Below the pieces are notes generated by a model. It worked only from the letters and a program-made list of their open reading frames with translations. It was not told where the DNA came from and made no database searches. A DNA stretch of 15,385 nucleotides from an uncultured bacterium (GTDB lineage Bacteria; Oederibacteriota; JAJYGY01; DAIDJD01): positions 1 through 15,385 of the forward strand of contig CAZFUM010000046.1 of assembly GCA_964521965.1 (NCBI GenBank), in the 5' to 3' direction. Below, one piece after another: positions 6,719 through 13,093 of this stretch. The translations under genes were made by a program, and so were the position numbers. Each line of letters opens with the position of its first letter. Position 1 is the first letter of the stretch.

Positions 6719-7953
6719 GGCGCCACCACGATCAAAATATCACTGGCAGGGCCTTCGACACCATCACTGCCTAGGGGACGCACAAAGAATTTATAGCTGC
6801 GGCCGCGTTCGAGGTTTTTTAATTTTTGCTGCGTCTTGTTGATGGGTTTGATATTCAACTTGTCGAGGTTGACGCCCCAGTCAGCGTAGAGATTATAGCC
6901 TTCGACGCGTTCATTGGCGTCTTGCCACCGCAGTCGAAGCCCATCCGGTTCGCGTTCGCTGCCCAGGCCATAGGGTGCCGAGAGGCTAGCTCCGCGTGGG
7001 CCGGGCAGTCTGGCGTTTTCAAATCGAAGGCTTAAGCCAAAGCGGTGTTGCGCTGGCAGGGGCCCCACGCTGAGCAAGGCATAGTTGAGTTCAAGGTTGG
7101 GCTCAAAGATGACGCCTGCACCCGCGCTTAGGCGCGCGTCTTCAGTAGTCAAGAAGCCTTGGGCGATGCCGAGACGCAAGAAATAGCGCGAGAGCTTTTC
7201 TGATTTGCTGATTGCATCAAAGTCAGTCGAGCGAAAACCAAATTCGAGCCCGGCCATGGCGCGGGCCTGGCCTTCGTTGGGCAAAGCTTGGGCATCGAGA
7301 CTGAAGCGAGTTAGGTTATTTAAAAATGCGAGGCTGATGCCACCTTGCACACGTAAGGCCAGTGGAAAGTTTTTTAAGTGGCCGTCGATACCTGTGCCCA
7401 TATTTTGCGCAGCCAGGCCCCAGCGCAGGCGGGGCAGCAAGGGTCCTTGCAGGCCGACATCAGCGGCAAAGGCCGAGGCCTCGCTGCCGGCTAGATTTTG
7501 GCGAAAGTATTTGAGTTCGAAACCTAAGCGCCAGCGGGGCACAATTTCAAAACCTAGTCCAAGGCCTAGGAGCAGGTCTTGGTCGCCAAATTCACCGAGT
7601 ATATTGCCGAAGCCGTCGGTGAGTTTATCTTGGTCAAAAAGGTAGGCGGCTCGAATGCCTAAGCCCACGCCTTGAGAGAGGCCTAAGCCAAGCGACAAAT
7701 TTGAAAATTGCGTGCCCAAGAAGCCTAGGCTGTGGCCCGCATTGAGGCTGGCGCCGCGCAGCTTGGCCAGGCCCGCAGGGTTTAAACCCAGCGAGCTTTC
7801 TTGGTCAGCCGCAGCCACCCAGGCTTGGCCCAAGCTCAAGGCTCGGGGCTGCAAGGGGTCAGCCAAAAAGAGGGCCCCGCTTTGGCCCAAGGCCAAGGCT
7901 TGCTGGGTCAAGCCAGCGTAAAGCCCTATAAAATAAAGTAGGAATCGGCGCAT
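6715..7953 (-). CDS. Outer-membrane beta-barrel protein with a C-terminal fibronectin type III-like domain. It may be a T9SS-associated barrel of PorP/SprF or PorQ type (tentative). It is the first gene of the minus-strand operon.
   Basis: Signal peptide MRRFLLYFIGLYAGLTQQALA. Residues ~22-320 are rich in Gly and aromatic residues with alternating hydrophobic beta-strand segments (GLGLGFEIVPRWRLGFELKYF, GISLAFLNN, FGLSLRF). Early in the mature part, QQ...LGLNPAGL is reminiscent of the PorP/SprF N-terminal NPA region. Residues ~333-412 (PDGLRLRWQ...YNLYADW...SYKFFVRPLGSDGVEGPASDILIVVAP) look like FN3. Its TGA overlaps the ATG of the giant gene (ATGA). Confidence 0.6.
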   Translation of the reverse strand: MRRFLLYFIGLYAGLTQQALALGQSGALFLADPLQPRALSLGQAWVAAADQESSLGLNPAGLAKLRGASLNAGHSLGFLGTQFSNLSLGLGLSQGVGLGIRAAYLFDQDKLTDGFGNILGEFGDQDLLLGLGLGFEIVPRWRLGFELKYFRQNLAGSEASAFAADVGLQGPLLPRLRWGLAAQNMGTGIDGHLKNFPLALRVQGGISLAFLNNLTRFSLDAQALPNEGQARAMAGLEFGFRSTDFDAISKSEKLSRYFLRLGIAQGFLTTEDARLSAGAGVIFEPNLELNYALLSVGPLPAQHRFGLSLRFENARLPGPRGASLSAPYGLGSEREPDGLRLRWQDANERVEGYNLYADWGVNLDKLNIKPINKTQQKLKNLERGRSYKFFVRPLGSDGVEGPASDILIVVAP

Positions 7954-7962
7954 GCCGAGCCT

Positions 7963-7991
7963 ATGCTAGGGCCCTTGTTGCTGGCTGTCAA
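7963..7991 (-). promoter_or_regulatory. Putative sigma70-type promoter for the minus-strand operon: -35 TTGACA (complement of 7986-7991), 17-nt spacer, -10 TAGCAT (complement of 7963-7968). It would leave a very short leader or leaderless mRNA.
   Basis: On the minus strand a perfect TTGACA hexamer sits 17 nt from TAGCAT (4/6 of TATAAT), ending ~9 nt before the ATG at 7953. No Shine-Dalgarno is present. This is a by-eye consensus match only. Confidence 0.3.
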
Positions 7992-8114
7992 GAAAGCCCA
8001 GCTTTGCAAGGTTTGACGCTATATATGAAGAGAATTGCGCAAAGAATCTGGGTTTAGCTGCAAAGTGTGAGGGCGCCTATTATTTGCTAAGATAAGGGAC
8101 TTTTCGAGGCATGA

Positions 8115-8666
8115 GTGACTGACGACGAGCTTTATCAAGGCATGTTGAACGGCGAAAAGCAGGCCTTTGATGAATTCTATGGGCACACCAAAGAGACGGT
8201 TGAAAAAGTCTGCGCCTATTTCTTGGGTGAAGACCCAGCCATGGTTCAGGCCGCCGTGGGCGCCTATCATCACGCCTTTGAACAGATCAAGGCCAAGAAA
8301 AAGCCCGAGCTGCCGCCCAAAGCTTGGATGTCGGTGCTGGCGGTGCGCGAATGTTTTCCTGTGATTGCCAAATACCGCGATGACTTTGATGCCCAGAGCC
8401 AGGCCATGGAGCTCATGGCCAGCCAGATACCTGCCTTGCAAGAGATCAGTCAGGACCCCAAAGAGCGCGTAGGCTTTATGGTTCGCGGTGAGGTTGAAGA
8501 CCTGCCTGATCCGCACCGCGAGTTTCTCTCGTTTTATGAGTTGCAAGGCCTCTCGTTTCTTGAGATCGCCAAGCGCCTGGGCCAGAGCTGGTCCACGGTC
8601 GTGACCAAGCTGCACGCGGGCCGCCAGGCCTTGGTGCGCAAAGTCAAAGAACAGTTTGGGGTTTGA
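8115..8666 (+). CDS. ECF-type RNA polymerase sigma-70 family factor with a GTG start.
   Basis: Region 2-like: LYQGMLNGEKQAFDEFYGHTKETVEKVCAYFLG...AVGAYHHAFEQI and AWMSVLAVRECFPVIAKYR. Region 4 HTH: LPDPHREFLSFYELQGLSFLEIAKRLGQSWSTVVTKLHAGRQALVRKV. The 183-aa length is typical of ECF sigmas. Confidence 0.85.
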   Translation: MTDDELYQGMLNGEKQAFDEFYGHTKETVEKVCAYFLGEDPAMVQAAVGAYHHAFEQIKAKKKPELPPKAWMSVLAVRECFPVIAKYRDDFDAQSQAMELMASQIPALQEISQDPKERVGFMVRGEVEDLPDPHREFLSFYELQGLSFLEIAKRLGQSWSTVVTKLHAGRQALVRKVKEQFGV

Positions 8667-9544
8667 GTGTGGCTGAGCTGAACGTCGAACAAGCCCAAAA
8701 GCTGGCCCGTGATTTCCTCACCGGGCGGGGCGGTCCTGCTATTAGTGAAGACGCTCGCCGAGCCATGCAGGGCGATGAGCAGTTGGCTCTCGAGTTGCTT
8801 CAGCAGATGCAGACGGCGCTTGACGAGATAGCGCCCGCGCCCTTCACGCCGGACCAATGGCGCGAGGTTGATGCCCGTGTGCGCAGTTTGATCGCGCCCC
8901 TGGCCAAGTCTCGCTTTGGATTCATTGGCCGATTCTTTAGCAAGCTCTTTAGCCGCAAGCCTAAAGAAAAGGTTGAAGAGTCGAGTAGCCGCGTCAAGCG
9001 TCGGGGTGGGGTAGCCCCGGTCGTCGCGCCTGAGCCAACGGGACTTGTCGCCGCAAACGTGGATGGCATGGAAGAGATGGCGCCCATTGCCGCGCCGGCT
9101 GCCCTGCCTGAGGTTCCTTCCGGGGCCGCCGCCGCTGTCGTCGTTGCTGAGCCGCCGCCTGTCAAAGCCAAGCGGGTTCTGCCGGTTAAAAAAATTGCCC
9201 TGACTTTGGGCGCCTTCTTAGTACTGGGCGGCTTGGGTTATGGCGTCATGCTCTTGCACCCTATGGATCGCTGGCGCGCTTGGCGTGCCAGCAAAGTGGT
9301 CGTGCCGCTGCCCAGCCCTGTGCCGACCCTGGCGCCTCAGCCCACGCTGCCCCCCACGCCTCAGCCTAGCCCTACGCCGAAAGGCCCGCCTGCGCGAGGT
9401 TTTGATAAACCAGCCTACGATGCGCTGCCCGCCGAGTTGCCGCCGCAAACACCTCAGCCTGCAGGCGTAGCCTTGCATTTGAAGGGGCTTGAGGCCCAAG
9501 ACTCGACAGGGCAAAATCGTCTGCCTTTACCCGCCCCCCAATGA
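8663..9544 (+). CDS. Putative anti-sigma factor: single-pass membrane protein with a Pro-rich extracytoplasmic C-terminus, translationally coupled to the ECF sigma gene.
   Basis: The TTG start overlaps the sigma stop by 4 nt (GTG at 8669 is an alternative). A ~190-aa cytoplasmic region is followed by one transmembrane helix (IALTLGAFLVLGGLGYGVMLL) and a proline-rich tail (PLPSPVPTLAPQPTLPPTPQPSPTPKGPP...). Position and topology are typical of ECF-cognate anti-sigma factors, but no recognisable ASD motif was confirmed. Confidence 0.5.
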   Translation: MSVAELNVEQAQKLARDFLTGRGGPAISEDARRAMQGDEQLALELLQQMQTALDEIAPAPFTPDQWREVDARVRSLIAPLAKSRFGFIGRFFSKLFSRKPKEKVEESSSRVKRRGGVAPVVAPEPTGLVAANVDGMEEMAPIAAPAALPEVPSGAAAAVVVAEPPPVKAKRVLPVKKIALTLGAFLVLGGLGYGVMLLHPMDRWRAWRASKVVVPLPSPVPTLAPQPTLPPTPQPSPTPKGPPARGFDKPAYDALPAELPPQTPQPAGVALHLKGLEAQDSTGQNRLPLPAPQ

Positions 9545-9554
9545 AAGGTAAGCC

Positions 9555-10604
9555 GTGAGTGAAAACTTGAGTATTGCCGAAACCCTCGATGAGCTCGACA
9601 AAGAGATTCTTAATGTCGTGCAGAGTGAGTTTCCGCTGGTCACTAAGCCCTATGAGGCTGTGGCTCAGCGATTGGGTGTGAGCGAAGACGAGGTGCTCAA
9701 GCGCATGGCGGTTTTGAAAGAGAAGCAAGTCATACGCCAGACCTCGGCCATTTTTGACACGCGCGCCTTGGGCTATAAGAGCACCTTAGTGGCCATGAAA
9801 TTTGACGAGGCTAAACTTGACGCTGGCGCAGATGTGATCAGCCGTCATCCTGGCGTCAGCCATAACTATAAGCGTGAGCATGCCTATAACCTCTGGTTCA
9901 CCATTGCGGTGCCGCACGAAGCCAACCTGAAGCGTATCATCGACAAGCTGCATGCTGATTCGGGCGCCGAAGACACCATTATTTTGCCTACGCTGAGGCT
10001 TTATAAGATCGGCGTGAACTTTGACATGAAGAAAGAAATTAGTACTGAGAAGGGTGGTGAAGTCAGGCCCGATATGAAATTGGGCGACTACCGTCAAGTA
10101 ACCGAAGAAGATAGGGCCGCTATTCGCGTGGCCCAAGAAGACCTGCCCTTGGTGAGTGAGCCCTTTAAAGCTTGGGCTGAGCAACTTGGCTGGGATGAAA
10201 AACGCTTCTTCGACTGGCTGGCTGATTTTAAAGAGCGCAAGTTTTATCGTCGTTTTGCCAGCATCTTACGCCACCGCAACGCCGGCTTTGCCGACAACGC
10301 CATGGCGGTCTGGATCGTGCCCGAAGAGCAGGCCGAAGAAATGGGCCTCAAAATGGCAGCTTTCAAAGCGGTCACCCACTGCTATCGTCGCCCGACATTT
10401 CCGAGCTGGCCCTATAACGTCTTTACCATGGTGCATGGCCGCAGCAAAGATGACTGCGAGTCGGTGGTTGAAGCGATTCGAAAGGATTGTGGCCTGGCAG
10501 AATTCAAGCTGCTTTATTCAACCAAGGAATATAAAAAAGAGCGCGTCAAATATTTCTGTGAGACCGCAGACCAGATCATGGTCGACGCGGTCGCCCAGAC
10601 CTAA
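9555..10604 (+). CDS. Fused siroheme decarboxylase-like protein (NirD/NirL or AhbA/AhbB family), with tandem Lrp/AsnC-like modules.
   Basis: The second half, AFKAVTHCYRRPTFPSWPYNVFTMVHGRSK, closely matches NirL/NirH/AhbB [27 protein letters not shown]. The first half, ISRHPGVSHNYKREHAYNLWFTIAV, matches the NirD/AhbA VSHNYeR...yNlWF motif. Each half starts with an AsnC-type HTH (LDKEILNVVQSEFPLVTKPYEAVAQRLGVSEDEVLKRMAVL and DRAAIRVAQEDLPLVSEPFKAWAEQLGW). Confidence 0.75.
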   Translation: MSENLSIAETLDELDKEILNVVQSEFPLVTKPYEAVAQRLGVSEDEVLKRMAVLKEKQVIRQTSAIFDTRALGYKSTLVAMKFDEAKLDAGADVISRHPGVSHNYKREHAYNLWFTIAVPHEANLKRIIDKLHADSGAEDTIILPTLRLYKIGVNFDMKKEISTEKGGEVRPDMKLGDYRQVTEEDRAAIRVAQEDLPLVSEPFKAWAEQLGWDEKRFFDWLADFKERKFYRRFASILRHRNAGFADNAMAVWIVPEEQAEEMGLKMAAFKAVTHCYRRPTFPSWPYNVFTMVHGRSKDDCESVVEAIRKDCGLAEFKLLYSTKEYKKERVKYFCETADQIMVDAVAQT

Positions 10605-10606
10605 AC

Positions 10607-11572
10607 ATGGCCCTCGCGGCGCCCAGCCTAGATCAGGCATTGATCGATGACATCGCCCGGCTTAAGGCCGAGCGCCATGCCGTCATCTTGGCGCACAATT
10701 ATCAGAAGCCTGAGATTCAAGAGATCGCAGATTTTGTGGGCGATTCATTAGGCTTATCCCGCAAGGCTCAAAGCAGCCAGGCTGACGTGATTGTTTTTTG
10801 TGGTGTGCATTTTATGGCTGAAACGGCCAGCATTTTGAATCCTAGCAAGAAGGTCTTGTTGCCTGACCTGCTGGCGGGTTGCTCGATGGCCGATATGATT
10901 AGCGCTGATATTTTACTCGATCTTAAAGAGAAGAATCCTGGCGCTTTGGTCTGCAGCTATGTCAATACCACGGCCGAGATTAAGGCCGAGAGCGACATTT
11001 GCTGCACATCAAGCAATGCCGTCGAAGTGGTCAAGAGCCTGCCTGCTGATAAGCCTGTGATTTTTGTGCCGGATAAGTATCTTGGCGCTTGGGTGCAAAA
11101 GCAGACAGGCCGCGACATGATTCTTTACGATGGCTGGTGCCCCGTGCACATGGAACTCAAACAGCACGGAATTGCCCAGCTCAAGAAAGAGCATCCCCAG
11201 GCTTTGGTGGTGGCCCATCCTGAATCGCCGCTAGAAGTTTCAAGCCAGGCCGACGTGGTCTGTTCGACCGAACAGATGGTGCATTTTTGCCGCGAGTCAA
11301 AAGACAACGAATTTATCATTGCCACCGAGACCGGTATTTTGCACAAACTCAAGCGCGAGAACCCCGAAAAGCGTTTCTACGCCGCCAATGACCTGGCCAT
11401 CTGCCCCCACATGAAGATGAATAACCTTGAGCGCGTGCGTGAGTCTTTGCTGACCCTGAAGCCCGAGGTTAAGGTGCCCGAAGTCATTCGTGAGAGGGCC
11501 TGGGCCCCCATACAACGCATGCTTGATTTGAATTTGCCTTATCAAGAAACTTTTGTGGGGTGCAAGTGCTAA
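10607..11572 (+). CDS. nadA: Quinolinate synthase NadA.
   Basis: ILAHNYQKPEIQEIADFVGDSLGLSRKA...IVFCGVHFMAETASILNPSKKVLLPDLLAGCSMAD, YDGWCPVHM and LAICPHMKMNNLERV match NadA signature regions, including the three spaced Cys motifs for the [4Fe-4S] cluster. Confidence 0.85.
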   Translation: MALAAPSLDQALIDDIARLKAERHAVILAHNYQKPEIQEIADFVGDSLGLSRKAQSSQADVIVFCGVHFMAETASILNPSKKVLLPDLLAGCSMADMISADILLDLKEKNPGALVCSYVNTTAEIKAESDICCTSSNAVEVVKSLPADKPVIFVPDKYLGAWVQKQTGRDMILYDGWCPVHMELKQHGIAQLKKEHPQALVVAHPESPLEVSSQADVVCSTEQMVHFCRESKDNEFIIATETGILHKLKRENPEKRFYAANDLAICPHMKMNNLERVRESLLTLKPEVKVPEVIRERAWAPIQRMLDLNLPYQETFVGCKC

Positions 11573-11894
11573 TGATGAGGGTCGGGTGGAAAGCGAAGAT
11601 CTAGACCTTAAACCCGTCGCCGAGGTCCCGGTCCCTCAGCCTCGCTTGCGTCACGGCTTGGCACAAGCCGAAGGTTTTCTTCGCCAGAATCAGAATCGTT
11701 TGCTGATTTGGGGAACGGCAGTTTTTTGTTTGATGGCTTTGATTGCCATTGTTTTTGCGCTCCTGCAAGACGCGGGTAGTGCTTTTCAGGGCGAAAGCCC
11801 AGCTCGATTTGAGCGTGAAGGTGCAAACCGTGAATCTTTTGAAGAAAATTGGGCCCGTAGCCATCGGGTCGAAAAGCAAAAGCGGCGTCGATGA
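11553..11894 (+). CDS. Small single-pass membrane protein, hypothetical. The start is uncertain: TTG at 11553 or GTG at 11586.
   Basis: One strong transmembrane helix (LLIWGTAVFCLMALIAIVFALL). Its stop overlaps the downstream ATG (ATGA at 11891-11894), which supports a real coupled gene. The N-terminal extent is not defined and it overlaps the nadA 3' end. Confidence 0.4.
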   Translation: MWGASANDEGRVESEDLDLKPVAEVPVPQPRLRHGLAQAEGFLRQNQNRLLIWGTAVFCLMALIAIVFALLQDAGSAFQGESPARFEREGANRESFEENWARSHRVEKQKRRR

Positions 11895-13039
11895 ATACTA
11901 ATCTTAAATTAAACCTGAAGGGAACGAAGCGAATTTCTGCCGGCCATCCCTGGCTGCGGCGCGGGGACTTGCAGCGTTTTCGCGTCTTGCCTGAGGCGGG
12001 CCTCGTCGTGCGCCTGCAAGACGCCATGGGTAACTTCTTGGGCTGGGCCGTCAGCGATGGCCCTAGTTCAGGTGAGTCGGCTTTTCGCGTGCTCTCGCGC
12101 CAGCGTCATCCCATCTTTGATCAGGCCTGGTTCGAAGCTGCTTTTGAACTAGCCTTATCCAAGCGTCGCGGCTTGGCCAAACCCGGCCTCGAAACTTGGC
12201 TCAGGCTCGTGCACGGCGAGGCCGATGCTTTGCCCGGCTTGACCTTAGATCAAGTGGGTCCAGCCTATTTTCTCAAGATCAGTTCAGTGGGCATGGCCAG
12301 TTTTACTAAAGTCATCGAAGCAGCGCTGCGCGCCCAGCTTGCGCCCAAGACGCTTTGGGCTCATTGGCCTGGCGACGAAGATTGGCGCTGCCTGAGCGGT
12401 GAGGCAGCGCGCCGTGATTGGCCCGGCTCGCGCGATGGTTTACGCATGACGATGAGCCTCGAGCCAGACCTGCGCTGTCTCGATGCGGGAGGGCAGAGCG
12501 CGAGAGCGGCCTGGCTCAAGGCTCGTTGCGCAGACTTGCTGGGACCCGGCCTGGCTTTTGATCCATTGGGCGGACCGGCCTGGCCCGTGCTGGCCCTGGG
12601 TTCGCGGCCTCGCGTGTTGGTGGGCGCCCGGCTGCCCGGTGTTGAGACGGGGCAAGATGAAGTGCTCACTGGCGACCCCTGGGTAGCCCTGGAAAGGGCC
12701 GCAGCTCGCCAGCCAAAATTTAGCGTGATTCACGCGACTTTGCCCGAGTCATGCGCAGGCCCGCGTGGCCGCCTTAAGGCAGTTAAAGATTTAGAGAAGA
12801 TGGCCAGTCGGATTTTTGCAGCTGCGGCGCCCGGTGCTTGGCTGGGCTTTTATTTGCCTGGCGGGGGCATGACCCCGGCCCATTTTCAAGAACGCCTGCT
12901 GGCTACGGCCACGGGCCTGGGCCTGGGGCCCAAGCTTGAAGGCGTGTCCCGGCCATCTCAAGATTTCCCTGAAATCGACGCTTTTCCTGAAGGCAAGCAA
13001 GACCTTTGGGCAGGTTTCAGTTTGGCCCAAGCAAGCTAG
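11891..13039 (+). CDS. Divergent RlmI/YccW-like protein with an N-terminal PUA-like domain. The C-terminal methyltransferase motifs are not recognisable, so it may be degenerate or inactive.
   Basis: The N-terminus LKGTKRISAGHPWLRRGDL matches the RlmI start (..kgre..l..gHPWvf.g.i). The remainder is rich in Ala/Arg/Gly/Pro/Leu, with only faint counterparts of the SAM-binding motif (AFDPLGGPAW compared with vLdlFsYTGGFs) and motif IV (KFSVIHATLPES compared with kFDvIilDPPsF). By eye this gene is much more GC-rich than its neighbours. Confidence 0.5.
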   Translation: MNTNLKLNLKGTKRISAGHPWLRRGDLQRFRVLPEAGLVVRLQDAMGNFLGWAVSDGPSSGESAFRVLSRQRHPIFDQAWFEAAFELALSKRRGLAKPGLETWLRLVHGEADALPGLTLDQVGPAYFLKISSVGMASFTKVIEAALRAQLAPKTLWAHWPGDEDWRCLSGEAARRDWPGSRDGLRMTMSLEPDLRCLDAGGQSARAAWLKARCADLLGPGLAFDPLGGPAWPVLALGSRPRVLVGARLPGVETGQDEVLTGDPWVALERAAARQPKFSVIHATLPESCAGPRGRLKAVKDLEKMASRIFAAAAPGAWLGFYLPGGGMTPAHFQERLLATATGLGLGPKLEGVSRPSQDFPEIDAFPEGKQDLWAGFSLAQAS

Positions 13040-13093
13040 GTCACAGCCCCTTACGTTGACATGCTGATTGTCAGCGTGAAACAATGAAAGCCG

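Noticed and set aside
7954-8114. Possible tRNA or small ncRNA in the largest intergenic region.
   Set aside because: There is no T-loop-like GTTCRANYC element or cloverleaf-compatible inverted repeats. The region is better explained as a divergent promoter or operator region.
8019-9728. Minus-strand ORFs antisense to the sigma, anti-sigma and NirDL-like genes (8019..8615, 8534..8857, 8800..9171, 9218..9514 and 9372..9728).
   Set aside because: Each lies opposite a plus-strand gene with clear family motifs. None has recognisable domains. The uninterrupted plus-strand packing argues against them.
12361-12733. Antisense and alternate-frame ORFs inside the RlmI-like gene (12361..12669 and 12440..12733 minus, 12483..12686 plus).
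   Set aside because: This is a very GC-rich region where long spurious ORFs are expected. The plus-strand frame has a conserved PUA-like N-terminus and coupled neighbours.
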